Positions 13,717 through 30,109 of a stretch of DNA of 64,000 bases are shown here, one piece after another (within the stretch, counting starts at the first letter, position 1; every line of letters begins with the position of its first letter). The translations under genes were made by a program, and so were the position numbers. The stretch is from an uncultured Rhodocyclaceae bacterium (GTDB taxonomy: Bacteria > Pseudomonadota > Gammaproteobacteria > Burkholderiales > Rhodocyclaceae). The stretch spans positions 323 to 64,322 of the forward strand of contig URNG01000001.1 of the NCBI GenBank assembly GCA_900549295.1, written 5' to 3'. A model generated the notes under the pieces. That model saw only the letters and a program-made list of their open reading frames with translations, was not told the DNA's origin and did not search any database.

Positions 13717-13751
13717 GTGTGCGCGCAAGCAAAAGAACCAGGAGAGCCAAC

Positions 13752-14894
13752 GTGTCGTTGCTGCCATCATTCATACCCGCCATCCTCGCCCTCGCCGACG
13801 GGACGGTTTTCAAGGGATATTCCATCGGCGCAGGCGGCATCGCCAGCGGCGAAATCGTCTTCAACACCGCCATGAGCGGTTACCAGGAAATTCTTACCGA
13901 TCCGTCCTACACGCGCCAGATCGTCACCCTGACCTATCCACACATCGGCAACACGGGTTGCAATGGCGAAGACTGCGAATCCACCGGCCATTTCGCTGCC
14001 GGACTGATCGTCAAGGACTTGCCGCCCGCCTCCAACTGGCGTAGCGAGGAAACGCTGGATGCCTATCTGAAACGCAATGGCATCGTCGGCATCGCCGGGA
14101 TCGATACCCGCAAACTGACCCGTATCCTGCGCGAAACGGGCGCGCAAGCCGGTTGCATCCTTGCCGGCGAAACCGACGAGGCAAAAGCCTTGGCGATGGC
14201 CCGGGCCTTTCCGGGGCTGGCAGGGATGGATCTGGCCAAGGTGGTATCCACACAGGAACCCTACGAGTGGACGGAAACTGAATGGACGCTCGACGGTTTC
14301 GGCCAGCAGAAGGGAACGCGTTTTCACGTCGTCGCCTACGATTTCGGCGTCAAGCGCAACATCCTGCGCATGCTGGCGCATCGCGGCGTGCGTGTCACCG
14401 TGGTGCCGGCTCAGACGCCGGCTGCCGAGGTGCTGGCGATGAAACCGGATGGTGTCTTTCTCTCCAACGGCCCCGGCGACCCGGAACCGTGCGATTACGC
14501 CATTGCCGCCATCCGCGAAATTCTGGAAGCGGGTGTGCCCACCTTCGGCATTTGCCTCGGCCACCAGTTGCTGGCCCTGGCTTCCGGCGCGAAGACGATG
14601 AAGATGAAATTCGGCCATCACGGTGCCAACCACCCGGTGAAGGATCTCGATACCGGCAAGGTGCTGATCACCAGCCAGAATCACGGTTTCTCCGTCGATG
14701 CGGCAACCTTGCCGGCCAATATGCGGGTGACGCACGTCTCCCTGTTCGACGGCTCCAACCAGGGGATTGCCCGTACCGACGTGCCGGCCTTCTCTTTCCA
14801 GGGCCATCCCGAAGCCATTCCCGGCCCGCACGACGTGGCCCACCTCTTTGACCGCTTCCTCGATTGCATGACGCGCGGCGTCGCTGCGCTGTGA
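13752..14894 (+). CDS. carA: Carbamoyl-phosphate synthase small subunit
   Basis: CarA similarity throughout, including the glutamine amidotransferase Cys in GICLGHQ. GTG start with AGGAGA RBS 6 nt upstream. Confidence 0.9.
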   Translation: MSLLPSFIPAILALADGTVFKGYSIGAGGIASGEIVFNTAMSGYQEILTDPSYTRQIVTLTYPHIGNTGCNGEDCESTGHFAAGLIVKDLPPASNWRSEETLDAYLKRNGIVGIAGIDTRKLTRILRETGAQAGCILAGETDEAKALAMARAFPGLAGMDLAKVVSTQEPYEWTETEWTLDGFGQQKGTRFHVVAYDFGVKRNILRMLAHRGVRVTVVPAQTPAAEVLAMKPDGVFLSNGPGDPEPCDYAIAAIREILEAGVPTFGICLGHQLLALASGAKTMKMKFGHHGANHPVKDLDTGKVLITSQNHGFSVDAATLPANMRVTHVSLFDGSNQGIARTDVPAFSFQGHPEAIPGPHDVAHLFDRFLDCMTRGVAAL

Positions 14895-15050
14895 GAGAAG
14901 GGGCTAGGGAGAAGAAGGAAGGGTAAAACCGACCGGCTCCCTGAAACGAGAAGCGAACGAATATTTATGGAGATGCGAAGCGGATAAAGGCGGCAAGGCA
15001 GGGTGGAAACACCCTTCTCCCTTCCCCATTCCCCCTTCCCAAACAAGCAA
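14895..15050. repeat. carA-carB spacer with a ~29-nt polypurine (GA) tract and a complementary ~30-nt polypyrimidine (CT) tract separated by ~88 nt
   Basis: gagaaggggctagggagaagaaggaaggg (14895-14923) versus cccttctcccttccccattcccccttccc (15012-15040). Confidence 0.35.
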
Positions 15051-18257
<3,207 letters not shown>

Positions 18258-18325
18258 TTCAACTGTGATTCGCCGCCGGCTTGCCCCTTCGCGGGTGCCG
18301 GCGGTTTTGCATTTTGGGGATGAAA

Positions 18326-18802
18326 ATGAACAAGATTCCATTGACCGTCAAAGGCGCCGAGCAATTGCGCGAGGAATTGCAGCGCCTGAAAACCATCGAA
18401 CGTCCGGCGGTGGTCGCCGCCATCGCCGAGGCGCGGGCGCACGGCGATCTCTCGGAAAACGCCGAATACGACGCCGCCAAGGAGCGCCAGGGCTTCATCG
18501 AAGGGCGCATCAAGGAAGTCGAGGGCAAGCTGTCGAACGCCCAGATCATCGACCCGGCGCTGCTCGACGCCGATGGCCGCTGCGTGTTCGGCTCGACGGT
18601 GGAAATGGAAGATCAGGATTCCGGCAGCAGCGTGACCTACCAGATCGTCGGCGAGGACGAAGCCGACATCAAGGCCGGCAAGATTTCCGTCAACTCGCCC
18701 GTGGCGCGCGCCCTGATCGGCAAATACGCCGGCGACCTTGCCCAGGTGCAGGCGCCGGGCGGCATCCGCGAGTATGAAATCATCGACGTGCGCTACGAAT
18801 AA
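18326..18802 (+). CDS. greA: Transcription elongation factor GreA
   Basis: [18 protein letters not shown]… aligns with E. coli GreA MQAIPMTLRGAEKLREEL. Confidence 0.9.
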   Translation: MNKIPLTVKGAEQLREELQRLKTIERPAVVAAIAEARAHGDLSENAEYDAAKERQGFIEGRIKEVEGKLSNAQIIDPALLDADGRCVFGSTVEMEDQDSGSSVTYQIVGEDEADIKAGKISVNSPVARALIGKYAGDLAQVQAPGGIREYEIIDVRYE

Positions 18803-18937
18803 TCAGCGAGCGGTTGATCGGAAGCAACACATTCACCGCAGAGGAAAGGAGGTACGCAGAGGAAAGCAATACGGGGGCATGGTTGGCCGTTCCGCCTTTG
18901 GTTTCCTCCGCCTTTCTCTGCGCCTCTGCGGTAAAAG

Positions 18938-19288
18938 TCAGCCCTGGAAACTGCGCTTGCTGCGTCGCGCCGGCGCTTTTTGCGGGGCGGGTTTTTTACG
19001 GGCTGGCGCAGGTTTTTCCGGGTTTTCCCGATACACGACCAGCAGTTTCCCGATATGCTGTACCGCCGCTGAGCCGAGTTCCTGGCAGATGGTGGCGAGA
19101 TAGCCCAGGCGGTTTTCCCGGCTGTCGCCATAGACGCGGATCTTGATGAGTTCGTGCGCCTTGAGGCAGGTGTCGATTTCCTTCAGGACGCTTTCGCTCA
19201 GGCCGTTCTCGGCGATGGAAACGACCGGATCGAGGCCGTGGGCGCGGGCGCGCAGTTCGCGCACCTGGGCAGAAGTAAGCTGCGGCAT
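18938..19288 (-). CDS. yhbY: RNA-binding protein YhbY (CRM domain) with a basic C-terminal tail
   Basis: CRS1/YhbY fold signature ([13 protein letters not shown]…). Position divergent from rlmE-ftsH, as in E. coli. Confidence 0.8.
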   Translation of the reverse strand: MPQLTSAQVRELRARAHGLDPVVSIAENGLSESVLKEIDTCLKAHELIKIRVYGDSRENRLGYLATICQELGSAAVQHIGKLLVVYRENPEKPAPARKKPAPQKAPARRSKRSFQG

Positions 19289-19323
19289 TTAAAAACCTTT
19301 CAAAAACGGCATTTTACCGAAGA

Positions 19324-19941
19324 ATGAAGCGAACCAGAACCAGCAAGGCGTGGATGCACGAACACGTAAACGACCCTTACGTGCAGCAGGCGAAAAAGGA
19401 CGGCTGGCGCTCGCGGGCCGCGTTCAAGCTGATCGAGATCGACGACCGGGACAAGCTGCTCAAGCGCGGCGAGGTGGTGGTCGACCTGGGGGCGACGCCG
19501 GGCGGCTGGTCGCAGGTGGCGGCGCAGCGGGTGGGGGACGCGGGTCTGGTGTTCGCGCTCGATCTGCTGGAAATGGCCCCGATCCGCGGCGTGCACTTCA
19601 TCCTGGGCGATTTTCGAGAGGAATCCGTGCTCGCCGAACTGGAAAAAAACCTCGGCGAGCGCGAAGTGGGGCTTGTGATGTCGGACATGGCCCCCAATAT
19701 GTCGGGTATGGCGGTGATGGATCAGGCGCGGGTGATGCATCTGGCGGAACTGGGCCTGGAATTTTCCAGAGCGCACCTGAAACCGGACGGCGCATTTCTG
19801 GTCAAAGTTTTCCAGGGCCGCGATTACGAGGCATTCGTCAAGGCCATGCGCGAAACGTTTCAGACGGTGGCGGTACGCAAACCCGACGCCTCGCGGGATC
19901 GCAGCGCGGAGGTTTACCTGTTGGGGCGCTGTTTGCGCTGA
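19324..19941 (+). CDS. rlmE: 23S rRNA (uridine2552-2'-O)-methyltransferase RlmE/FtsJ
   Basis: SAM motif [13 protein letters not shown] and FtsJ family similarity. Confidence 0.9.
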   Translation: MKRTRTSKAWMHEHVNDPYVQQAKKDGWRSRAAFKLIEIDDRDKLLKRGEVVVDLGATPGGWSQVAAQRVGDAGLVFALDLLEMAPIRGVHFILGDFREESVLAELEKNLGEREVGLVMSDMAPNMSGMAVMDQARVMHLAELGLEFSRAHLKPDGAFLVKVFQGRDYEAFVKAMRETFQTVAVRKPDASRDRSAEVYLLGRCLR

Positions 19942-19994
19942 GAATTGTTTAGAATGCTGGCTTTATCGCTTGTCGAAGGCAAAGGAGTAGTCGC

Positions 19995-21878
<1,884 letters not shown>

Positions 21879-21892
21879 ACGCGAACCGAAGC

Positions 21893-21922
21893 AGCCGGAA
21901 GCGCCCGCTTCCGGCTTTTTTT
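21893..21922 (+). terminator. Intrinsic terminator/attenuator AGCCGGAAGCG-CCC-GCTTCCGGCT + T7, 3 nt before the folP start
   Basis: Perfect stem and U-tract seen directly. Confidence 0.6.
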
Positions 21923-21924
21923 CC

Positions 21925-22761
21925 ATGCACGAAATCCACTGCGGCACCTACCGCCTGCCGACCGAGCGCCCTCTGCTGATGGGCATCGTCAACCTGACGC
22001 CGGATTCCTTTTCCGGCGACGGGCTGGCGCAAGATACCCTGCAGGCAATCGAACACGCCCGCCAGCAGTGGCAGGCCGGTGCGGACATGCTCGACATCGG
22101 CGCCGAATCCTCCCGCCCCGGCGCGCAGGCCACGCCGGAAGACGAGGAGTTGCGCCGCCTGCTGCCGGTATTGCGGGAAGTGTGCGCCTGGGGTGTGCCG
22201 GTGTCGGTCGATACCTACAAGCCCAAGGTCATGCAGGCCGCGCTGGCGGCGGGGGCGAGCATGATCAACGACATCACCGGCCTGCGCAGCACCGAGGCGC
22301 GCGCAGCGGTGGCGGGTTCAGATTGTGCGCTGTGCCTGATGCACATGCAGGGCGAGCCGGCCACCATGCAGGAAGCCCCGGCCTACGCCGACGTGGTGGA
22401 TGAAGTCAGCGGCTGGCTGCGGACGGCGGCGGAGGATTGTCTGGCGTCAGGTATTGCCCGCGAACGCCTGGTGCTCGATCCGGGCTTTGGCTTCGGCAAG
22501 AATCTGGCGCACAACCTGGCCTTGTTCCGGGCGCTGGACAGTGAAATCTGGCAAGGCTTGCCGCTGCTGGTCGGCGTGTCGCGCAAGCGGATGTTGGGTG
22601 AAATTACCGGCCGGCCCGTGGCGGAGCGCGTTCATGCCAGTGTCGCCGCGGCCTTGCTGGCGGCGCAGCGCGGCGCGGCGATCCTGCGCGTGCACGATGT
22701 GGCGGCGACGCGCGACGCGCTGGCGGTCTGGGCGGCAATCAAAGAGGAAACGACACAATGA
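21925..22761 (+). CDS. folP: Dihydropteroate synthase
   Basis: …[18 protein letters not shown]… pterin-binding domain. Confidence 0.88.
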   Translation: MHEIHCGTYRLPTERPLLMGIVNLTPDSFSGDGLAQDTLQAIEHARQQWQAGADMLDIGAESSRPGAQATPEDEELRRLLPVLREVCAWGVPVSVDTYKPKVMQAALAAGASMINDITGLRSTEARAAVAGSDCALCLMHMQGEPATMQEAPAYADVVDEVSGWLRTAAEDCLASGIARERLVLDPGFGFGKNLAHNLALFRALDSEIWQGLPLLVGVSRKRMLGEITGRPVAERVHASVAAALLAAQRGAAILRVHDVAATRDALAVWAAIKEETTQ

Positions 22762-24113
22762 GCAGAAAATATTTCGGCACCGACGGCGTGCGCGGCCGGG
22801 TCGGGCAAAGCCCGATCACGCCCGATTTCGTGATGCGCCTCGGTTACGCGGCCGGCAAGGTCTTGTTGGAACAATGCCCGATGCCGCCGGGCGAGCGCCC
22901 CAGCGTGCTGATTGGCAAGGACACGCGCATCTCCGGCTACATGCTGGAATCGGCGCTGGAAGCCGGTTTTTCGTCGGCGGGCGTCGATGTCTGTCTGGTC
23001 GGGCCGATGCCGACGCCGGCGGTGGCCTATCTGACGCGGGCCTTGCGCCTGCAGGCGGGCATCGTCATTTCGGCGTCGCACAATCCCTACTACGACAACG
23101 GGATCAAATTCTTCTCGGCGCAGGGCAGCAAGCTGCCGGATAGCCTGGAGCGGGCCATCGAGGCCGGCATCGACCAGGAAATGCGCTGTGTCGATTCCGC
23201 TGCTTTGGGCCGGGTGCGCCGTATCGAAGATGCGCGCGGGCGCTACATCGAATTCTGCAAAAGCACTTTTCCCAACGAACTCGACCTGCGCGGCCTGCGC
23301 ATCGTGGTCGATTGCGCGCACGGTGCGGCCTATCACATCGCACCGGACGTCCTGCACGAACTGGGTGCGGAAGTGGTCAGCATCGGGGTGCAGCCCAATG
23401 GCCTGAACATCAACGATGGCGTCGGTGCCACCGCGCCGCAGGCGCTGGCGCAGGCGGTGCTGGCGCAGCGCGCCGATCTGGGGATCGCCCTGGACGGCGA
23501 CGCCGACCGGATTCAGATGGTGGATGCCGCCGGCAATCTCTACGATGGCGACCAGTTGCTGTACGCCATCGTCCGGAACCGGGCGCAAAAGGGCAAGGTG
23601 GCGGGCGTGGTCGGTACTTTGATGACCAATCTGGCGCTCGAACACGCGCTGGCGAAACTCGACATTCCCTTTGCCCGGGCGGCGGTCGGCGACCGTTACG
23701 TGGTCGAGATGCTGCGCCAGAACGGCTGGCTGTACGGCGGCGAAAATTCCGGCCACATTCTCGCGCTGGATCGTCATTCCACCGGCGACGGCATCATCGC
23801 CGGTTTGCAGGTACTGGCCGCCCTGCGCGAAAACGGCGGCACCCTGAAAACGCTGCTCGGCGGCCTGCGGCTCTATCCGCAGGTGCTGATCAACGTGCCG
23901 CTGGCGCGCAGCTTCGTCTGGCAGGAGTCGCCTGCGATCCAGGCGGTGCACCGGCAGGCCGAGGAAAGCCTCGCCGGGCGGGGCAGGGTGCTGCTGCGCC
24001 CGTCCGGCACGGAACCGCTGCTGCGTGTCATGGTGGAAGGCGAGGATGCCGCGCTGGTCAGGGCGGCGGCCGAGGAAATCGCGGCGGCGGTGCGCCAAGC
24101 GGCCGATCTCTGA
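22758..24113 (+). CDS. glmM: Phosphoglucosamine mutase
   Basis: [13 protein letters not shown]…, active-site SASHNP. ATGA overlap with folP. Confidence 0.92.
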   Translation: MSRKYFGTDGVRGRVGQSPITPDFVMRLGYAAGKVLLEQCPMPPGERPSVLIGKDTRISGYMLESALEAGFSSAGVDVCLVGPMPTPAVAYLTRALRLQAGIVISASHNPYYDNGIKFFSAQGSKLPDSLERAIEAGIDQEMRCVDSAALGRVRRIEDARGRYIEFCKSTFPNELDLRGLRIVVDCAHGAAYHIAPDVLHELGAEVVSIGVQPNGLNINDGVGATAPQALAQAVLAQRADLGIALDGDADRIQMVDAAGNLYDGDQLLYAIVRNRAQKGKVAGVVGTLMTNLALEHALAKLDIPFARAAVGDRYVVEMLRQNGWLYGGENSGHILALDRHSTGDGIIAGLQVLAALRENGGTLKTLLGGLRLYPQVLINVPLARSFVWQESPAIQAVHRQAEESLAGRGRVLLRPSGTEPLLRVMVEGEDAALVRAAAEEIAAAVRQAADL

Positions 24114-24124
24114 ATGTTTTCGGG

Positions 24125-24167
24125 CGGCGGGCCTGCATTGACCGGGCCGGCCCGCCGTCGTTATAAT
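24125..24167 (+). promoter_or_regulatory. GC hairpin (CGGCGGGCC…GGCCCGCCG) followed by TTATAAT (-10-like, 24162-24167) upstream of tpiA
   Basis: Seen in sequence. Confidence 0.35.
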
Positions 24168-24195
24168 CCCGCGGTTTTTGCCCACGGAGAAGCGC

Positions 24196-24957
24196 GTGCG
24201 CCGTAAGCTCGTAGCCGGAAACTGGAAGATGCATGGCGGCCTGGCTGGCAATGCGGCCTTGCTGACGGCGCTCTTGGCGGAAGTCGATGCGCTGCCGTGC
24301 GAAGCGGCGGTCTGCCCGCCTTTCCCCTATCTGGCGCAGGCGCAGCAGTTGCTGGCCGGTTCGGTGCTGATGCTGGGGGCGCAGAACGTCAGCCAGCATC
24401 CGTCGGGCGCGTATACCGGCGAAGTGGCGGTGGGCATGTTGCAGGAATTCGGCTGCCGCTACGTCTTGCTCGGCCATTCCGAGCGGCGGGCGATTTTCGG
24501 CGAAAGCGACGCCACGGTCGCCGCCAAGTTCGAGGCGGCGCTGGCGGGCGGTCTGGTGCCGGTGCTCTGCGTCGGCGAAACCCTGGCCGACCGGCAGGCG
24601 GGCGAGACTGAAATCGTCGTTGGGCGTCAGCTCGACGCGGTGCTGGCCCGGCTCGGCAGCGCGGCCCTGGGGCGCGGCGTGGTGGCGTATGAGCCGGTAT
24701 GGGCCATCGGCACCGGGCAGACGGCAACGCCGGAAGAGGCGCAGGCGGTGCACCGCTTCATCCGGCAACGGGTGGCGGCCGGCGATGCCGAAGTTGCCGC
24801 AGGTTTGCGCATTCTGTACGGCGGCAGCGTCAAGCCGCAAAACGCCGCCGCCCTATTCGGGCAGGCGGATATCGACGGCGGCCTGATTGGCGGCGCGGCC
24901 CTGGTGGCCGAGGATTTTCTGGCGATTTGTCGGGCAACCGGCAACGCGTCTTCATAG
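24196..24957 (+). CDS. tpiA: Triosephosphate isomerase
   Basis: GTG start ([14 protein letters not shown], aligns with E. coli MRHPLVMGNWKLNG) with GGAGA RBS. Active-site motifs [14 protein letters not shown]. Confidence 0.88.
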   Translation: MRRKLVAGNWKMHGGLAGNAALLTALLAEVDALPCEAAVCPPFPYLAQAQQLLAGSVLMLGAQNVSQHPSGAYTGEVAVGMLQEFGCRYVLLGHSERRAIFGESDATVAAKFEAALAGGLVPVLCVGETLADRQAGETEIVVGRQLDAVLARLGSAALGRGVVAYEPVWAIGTGQTATPEEAQAVHRFIRQRVAAGDAEVAAGLRILYGGSVKPQNAAALFGQADIDGGLIGGAALVAEDFLAICRATGNASS

Positions 24958-24988
24958 CGATGAAAGTGGGCAGGTAAAAATGAGCTGG

Positions 24989-25342
24989 ATGTTCTCTCTG
25001 ATCTTGACGATCCATATCCTGGTGGCGATTGCCATCATCGGCCTGGTGCTGGTGCAGCACGGCAAGGGTGCCGACATGGGGGCTGCTTTCGGCAGCGGTG
25101 CTTCCGGCAGCCTGTTCGGCGCTTCCGGCTCGGCTAATTTCCTCAGCCGGACGACGGCGGTGCTGGCCGCGGTGTTTTTCCTGACTAGCCTGTCGCTGGC
25201 CTATTTTGCGTCGAGCAAGCCAAAAACGTCTGGCAGTCTGATGCAGGATTCGGTACAATCGCAGACTGTTTCGCCGGCCCCGGCCGGCGCGGCAAATGAA
25301 CCGGCTGATGCGGGTTCCAAGGCGCAGGAAGTGCCTAAATAA
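24989..25342 (+). CDS. secG: Preprotein translocase subunit SecG
   Basis: [39 protein letters not shown] aligns residue-for-residue with E. coli SecG. An alternative ATG lies at 24980. Confidence 0.85.
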   Translation: MFSLILTIHILVAIAIIGLVLVQHGKGADMGAAFGSGASGSLFGASGSANFLSRTTAVLAAVFFLTSLSLAYFASSKPKTSGSLMQDSVQSQTVSPAPAGAANEPADAGSKAQEVPK

Positions 25343-25395
25343 GGTGGTCATTCCGTTGGCAATTTGCGTTGTCGGCGGAGAGAAAAAAGCAGTAA

Positions 25396-25480
25396 GCCGA
25401 CGTGGTGAAATTGGTAGACACGCTATCTTGAGGGGGTAGTGGCGCAAGCTGTGCGAGTTCGAGTCTCGCCGTCGGCACCA
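25396..25480 (+). tRNA. tRNA-Leu (anticodon GAG)
   Basis: Acceptor GCCGACG/CGTCGGC, anticodon stem CTATC/GGTAG with loop TTGAGGG, long variable arm, T-arm GCGAG-TTCGAGT-CTCGC, A + CCA. Follows secG as in E. coli (secG-leuU). Confidence 0.9.
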
Positions 25481-25537
25481 AAACGGGGTTGGTTGAATTT
25501 TCATCCGGCTCGATAAAAACTGACAAATTGGCGGCGG

Positions 25538-25912
25538 ATGATGGAAGCGTATTTTCCAATCCTGATGTTTGTGTTGGTTGGGGTGGCGATTGGCGTGTTG
25601 CCGGTGGCCATGGGTTTCATGTTGGCGCCGCAGCGCCCCGACTCTGAGAAACTCTCCCCTTATGAGTGTGGCTTCGAGGCCTTCGAAGATGCGCGCATGA
25701 AGTTCGACGTGCGCTACTACCTCATTGCAATCCTGTTCATTCTGTTCGATCTCGAAATCGCTTTCCTGGTCCCGTGGGGCACCGTGTTTGCGGATATGGC
25801 AGCCAGTGACGGCTTGAAAGTGTTTGGTTTCGTCGAGATGCTGATTTTTATTGGCATTCTTGCCCTGGGCGACATCTACGCCTGGGCCAAGGGTGCGCTG
25901 GATTGGGAATGA
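25538..25912 (+). CDS. nuoA: NADH-quinone oxidoreductase subunit A
   Basis: …[14 protein letters not shown]…[11 protein letters not shown]…. Confidence 0.9.
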   Translation: MMEAYFPILMFVLVGVAIGVLPVAMGFMLAPQRPDSEKLSPYECGFEAFEDARMKFDVRYYLIAILFILFDLEIAFLVPWGTVFADMAASDGLKVFGFVEMLIFIGILALGDIYAWAKGALDWE

Positions 25913-25921
25913 GGCAGCGTC

Positions 25922-26398
25922 ATGGCCATTGAAGGAATTCTGCAGGAAGGCTTCGTCACCACCACGGCGGACAAGCTCATCAACTACATGCGCACTGGCT
26001 CGATCTGGCCGATGACTTTTGGTCTGGCCTGCTGCGCGGTGGAGATGATCCACGCCGGCTGCGCGCGCTACGACCTGGACCGTTTCGGCATCGTGTTCCG
26101 TCCCAGCCCGCGTCAGTCCGACGTGATGATCGTGGCCGGCACGCTCACCAATAAAATGGCGCCGGCCCTGCGCAAGGTGTACGACCAGATGGCCGAGCCG
26201 CGCTGGGTGGTTTCCATGGGTTCCTGCGCCAACGGCGGCGGCTACTACCATTACTCCTATTCGGTGGTGCGCGGCTGCGATCGCGTGGTGCCGGTCGACA
26301 TCTACGTGCCGGGCTGCCCGCCCACGGCCGAAGCTCTGCTCTATGGTTTGATCCAGCTGCAGAACAAGATTCGCCGCACCAACACCATTGCTCGCTAA
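25922..26398 (+). CDS. nuoB: NADH-quinone oxidoreductase subunit B
   Basis: N2 cluster cysteines CCAVEM…GSCANGGG…GCPP. Confidence 0.92.
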   Translation: MAIEGILQEGFVTTTADKLINYMRTGSIWPMTFGLACCAVEMIHAGCARYDLDRFGIVFRPSPRQSDVMIVAGTLTNKMAPALRKVYDQMAEPRWVVSMGSCANGGGYYHYSYSVVRGCDRVVPVDIYVPGCPPTAEALLYGLIQLQNKIRRTNTIAR

Positions 26399-26416
26399 AT
26401 TTCGAGGCCGATCACT

Positions 26417-27022
26417 ATGTCAGCCAAGCTGGAAGCGCTTTGCCAAAAATTGCAGGAACGTTTCGGGGAAAAGCTTCAATCCACGAAGATCGCCCTGAAT
26501 GAACTGACCATCGAGCTTGCTGCCGGCGATTATTTCGCCACCATGCAGGCATTGCGCGATGAAAAGGAATTCTCCTTCGAGGAATTGATCGACCTGTGCG
26601 GGGTGGATTACTCCGCCTACGGCGACGGTGCCTGGACGGGCAAGCGTTACGCCACGGTGGTGCATCTCCTGTCGATCGCGCATAACGTTCGCCTGCGAGT
26701 GCGTGTGTTTGCCGAGGATGAGGCTTTCCCTGTCACTGATTCCGTGACTTCGTTGTGGACGACGGCCAACTGGTTCGAGCGCGAAGCCTTCGACCTGTTC
26801 GGTATCGCCTACACCGGACACAACGATCTGCGCCGCCTCCTGACCGATTACGGTTTCATCGGCCACCCCTTCCGCAAAGACTTCCCGATTACCGGTCACG
26901 TCGAGATGCGTTACGACCCAGATCAAGGACGCGTGGTCTACCAGCCCGTTACCATCGCGCCTCGCGAAAACACCCCGCGCGTCGTGCGCGAAGATACCTA
27001 CGGGGACCCGAAACATGGCTGA
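26417..27022 (+). CDS. nuoC: NADH-quinone oxidoreductase subunit C
   Basis: 30-kDa subunit family. Confidence 0.9.
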   Translation: MSAKLEALCQKLQERFGEKLQSTKIALNELTIELAAGDYFATMQALRDEKEFSFEELIDLCGVDYSAYGDGAWTGKRYATVVHLLSIAHNVRLRVRVFAEDEAFPVTDSVTSLWTTANWFEREAFDLFGIAYTGHNDLRRLLTDYGFIGHPFRKDFPITGHVEMRYDPDQGRVVYQPVTIAPRENTPRVVREDTYGDPKHG

Positions 27023-28268
27023 TATCCAGAGCTATACCCTGAACTTCGGGCCGCAGCACCCGGCCGCGCACGGTGTGCTGCGCATGGTGCTGGAGATGGA
27101 TGGCGAAGTCGTGCGTCGTGCCGATCCGCACATCGGCCTCTTGCATCGCGCTACCGAAAAACTCGCCGAAAACCGCACCTGGGTGCAGGCCATGCCTTAC
27201 ATGGATCGCCTCGATTACGTCTCGCCCATGTGCAACGAGCATGCCTACTGTCTGGGTGTGGAAAAACTGCTGCAACTGGAAGTGCCTGAGCGCGGTAAAT
27301 ACATCCGCACCATGTTCGACGAGGTGACGCGCATTCTCAACCACCTGCTGTGGATCGGCTGTCACGCGCTGGACGTGGGGGCCATGACCATGGCGCTCTA
27401 CACCTTCCGCGAACGCGAAGATTTGATGGATGCTTACGAGGCCGTCAGCGGTGCGCGTTTGCACGCGGCTTACTACCGTCCGGGCGGCGTTTATCGCGAT
27501 CTGCCCGAGCGCATGCCGCAGTATCGTGAATCGACCTGGACGAGCGCGAAGAAAGCGCAGGAAATCAACGCCAATCGCGGCGGCTCGCTGCTCGATTTCC
27601 TGGAAGATTTCACCGAGCGCTTCCCCAAGTATCACAGCGAATATCACACCCTGCTCACCGACAACCGCATCTGGAAGCAGCGTCTGGTCGGCGTCGGCGT
27701 GGTCAGCCCGGAACGCGCCATGCAACTCGGCTTCACCGGGGCCATGCTGCGCGGCTCCGGCATCGCTTGGGATCTGCGCAAGAAGCAGCCCTACGCCGCT
27801 TACGACAAAGTCGATTTTGACGTGCCAATCGGCGTCAATGGCGATAGCTACGACCGCTATCTGGTGCGCATGGAAGAAATGCTGCAATCCAACCGCATCA
27901 TCAAGCAATGCATCGACTGGCTGCGCAAGAACCCCGGCCCGGTCATCACCGACAATTTCAAGGTGGCGCCGCCCAAGCGCGAGGCGATGAAGTCGAACAT
28001 GGAAGAGCTGATCCATCATTTCAAGCTCTTCAGTGAGGGGATCCACGTCACGCCGGGTGAAGCCTATGCCGCGGTCGAGCATCCCAAGGGCGAGTTTGGC
28101 ATCTACTTCATTTCGGATGGCGCCAACAAGCCGTACCGGATGAAGATCCGTGCCCCGGGCTACGCCCATTTGGCTGCGATGGACGAGATGGCGAAGGGCC
28201 ACATGCTGGCCGACGTCGTCACGATCATCGGTTCTCAGGACATCGTTTTTGGCGAGATCGACCGCTGA
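27015..28268 (+). CDS. nuoD: NADH-quinone oxidoreductase subunit D
   Basis: 49-kDa subunit. Overlaps nuoC by 8 nt. Confidence 0.92.
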   Translation: MADIQSYTLNFGPQHPAAHGVLRMVLEMDGEVVRRADPHIGLLHRATEKLAENRTWVQAMPYMDRLDYVSPMCNEHAYCLGVEKLLQLEVPERGKYIRTMFDEVTRILNHLLWIGCHALDVGAMTMALYTFREREDLMDAYEAVSGARLHAAYYRPGGVYRDLPERMPQYRESTWTSAKKAQEINANRGGSLLDFLEDFTERFPKYHSEYHTLLTDNRIWKQRLVGVGVVSPERAMQLGFTGAMLRGSGIAWDLRKKQPYAAYDKVDFDVPIGVNGDSYDRYLVRMEEMLQSNRIIKQCIDWLRKNPGPVITDNFKVAPPKREAMKSNMEELIHHFKLFSEGIHVTPGEAYAAVEHPKGEFGIYFISDGANKPYRMKIRAPGYAHLAAMDEMAKGHMLADVVTIIGSQDIVFGEIDR

Positions 28269-28741
28269 TGTTTTCCGCAGACACCCTAGAAAAATTCGCC
28301 CGCGAGGTCGCCAAGTATCCGGCTGACCAGAAGCAATCCGCCGTCATGGCCTGTCTGGCGCTTGCCCAGGAAGAACAGGGCTGGCTGCCGTCGCAGGCCA
28401 TCGAGGCCGTGGCCGATTACCTTGGCATGCCGCCGATGGCGGCCTATGAAGTGGCCACCTTCTACAACATGTACGACCTGAAGCCGGTCGGCAAGTACAA
28501 GATCACGGTGTGCACCAATCTGCCGTGCGCCCTGTCCGGCGGCTATCACGCTGGCGAGTACCTGCAAAAGAAACTGGGCATCGGCTACAACGAGACGACG
28601 CCGGATGGCAGGTTTACGCTCAAGGAAGGCGAGTGCATGGGCGCTTGCGGCGATGCGCCGGTGTTCATCGTCAATAATCGCTCGATGTGCAGCCACATGC
28701 ACCCGGAGCAGATCGACAAGCTGCTTGAGGAGTGCAAATAA
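28268..28741 (+). CDS. nuoE: NADH-quinone oxidoreductase subunit E
   Basis: 24-kDa [2Fe-2S] subunit; cysteine motifs CTNLPC…CMGACG. Confidence 0.9.
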   Translation: MFSADTLEKFAREVAKYPADQKQSAVMACLALAQEEQGWLPSQAIEAVADYLGMPPMAAYEVATFYNMYDLKPVGKYKITVCTNLPCALSGGYHAGEYLQKKLGIGYNETTPDGRFTLKEGECMGACGDAPVFIVNNRSMCSHMHPEQIDKLLEECK

Positions 28742-30069
28742 TGGCCATGCTGGGGGCAATCAATCCGGTTCTGATGGCCGGTCTGGACGCCGATAACACT
28801 TGGCGTCTGAAGGATTACGTGGCGCGCGGCGGTTACGAGCAGTTGAAGCGCATTCTGCAAACCGGTATGACGCAGGAAGACGTTATCGGCGAAGTCAAGA
28901 AGTCGGTGCTGCGCGGCCGTGGTGGCGCGGGTTTTCCGACCGGCCTGAAATGGTCCTTCATGCCGCGCTCCTTCCCTGGCGACAAATACGTCGTCTGCAA
29001 TACCGACGAAGGCGAGCCGGGGACGTTCAAGGATCGTGACATCATGCGCTACAACCCGCATGCGGTCATCGAAGGCATGATCATCGCCGGTTTCGCCATG
29101 GGAGCCAGCCGTGGTTACAACTACGTGCACGGCGAAATCTGGGAAATCTACAAGCGTTTCGAGGAGGCGCTGGACGAAGCCCGCGCCGCTGGTTTGCTCG
29201 GCCAGAAGATTCTCGGTACCGAATTCAGTTTCGAACTGTTCGCCCACCACGGCTATGGCGCTTACATCTGCGGCGAGGAAACCGCGCTGCTCGAATCGAT
29301 CGAAGGCAAGAAGGGCCAGCCGCGCTTCAAGCCGCCGTTCCCGGCCTCGTTCGGTCTGTACGGCAAGCCGACCACGATCAACAACACCGAAACCTTCGCC
29401 TCCATTCCCTTCATCCTGAAGATGGGCGGCGAGGAATTCCTCAATCTCGGCAAGCCGAACAACGGCGGCACCAAACTGTTTTCGGTGTCGGGCCACGTCA
29501 ATCGTCCGGGCAACTACGAGATTCCGCTCGGCACGCCCTTCTCCAAGCTGCTCGAAATGTGCGGCGGGATGCGCGGCGGGCGCAAGCTGAAAGCGGTCAT
29601 TCCCGGCGGCTCCTCGGCACCGGTGATGCCGGCGGAAGTCATCATGGACTGCACCATGGATTACGACTCGATCAGCAAGGGTGGTTCCATGCTCGGCTCC
29701 GGCGCGGTCATCGTCATGGATGAAACCGTCTGCATGGTGAAGGCGCTGGAGCGCTTGTCGTTCTTCTACCACGAGGAATCCTGCGGCCAATGCACGCCCT
29801 GCCGCGAAGGCACGGCCTGGATGTACAAGGTGGTGCATCGCATCGAAAACGGGCTGGGCAAGCGGGAAGACCTGGATCTGCTCAACAGCGTGCTGGGCAA
29901 CATCGCTGGACGCACCATCTGTGCTCTGGGTGATGCTGCGGCCTTCCCGGTACAGAGTTTCATCAAGCACTTCCGCGCCGAGTTTGAACACCACATCGAG
30001 CACAAGTGCTGTCTGGTGCCCAGGGATGTGCAGTGGGCGGGCAGCGGCTTCCACAAGATTCCGGCCTGA
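28741..30069 (+). CDS. nuoF: NADH-quinone oxidoreductase subunit F
   Basis: 51-kDa FMN/NADH subunit ([20 protein letters not shown]). ATG overlaps the nuoE TAA (TAATG); the track's GTG at 28732 is an alternative. Confidence 0.9.
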   Translation: MAMLGAINPVLMAGLDADNTWRLKDYVARGGYEQLKRILQTGMTQEDVIGEVKKSVLRGRGGAGFPTGLKWSFMPRSFPGDKYVVCNTDEGEPGTFKDRDIMRYNPHAVIEGMIIAGFAMGASRGYNYVHGEIWEIYKRFEEALDEARAAGLLGQKILGTEFSFELFAHHGYGAYICGEETALLESIEGKKGQPRFKPPFPASFGLYGKPTTINNTETFASIPFILKMGGEEFLNLGKPNNGGTKLFSVSGHVNRPGNYEIPLGTPFSKLLEMCGGMRGGRKLKAVIPGGSSAPVMPAEVIMDCTMDYDSISKGGSMLGSGAVIVMDETVCMVKALERLSFFYHEESCGQCTPCREGTAWMYKVVHRIENGLGKREDLDLLNSVLGNIAGRTICALGDAAAFPVQSFIKHFRAEFEHHIEHKCCLVPRDVQWAGSGFHKIPA

Positions 30070-30109
30070 TGGCCTGATCCGTTAAGAAAACTGGCTACAA
30101 GGTAGCGAC

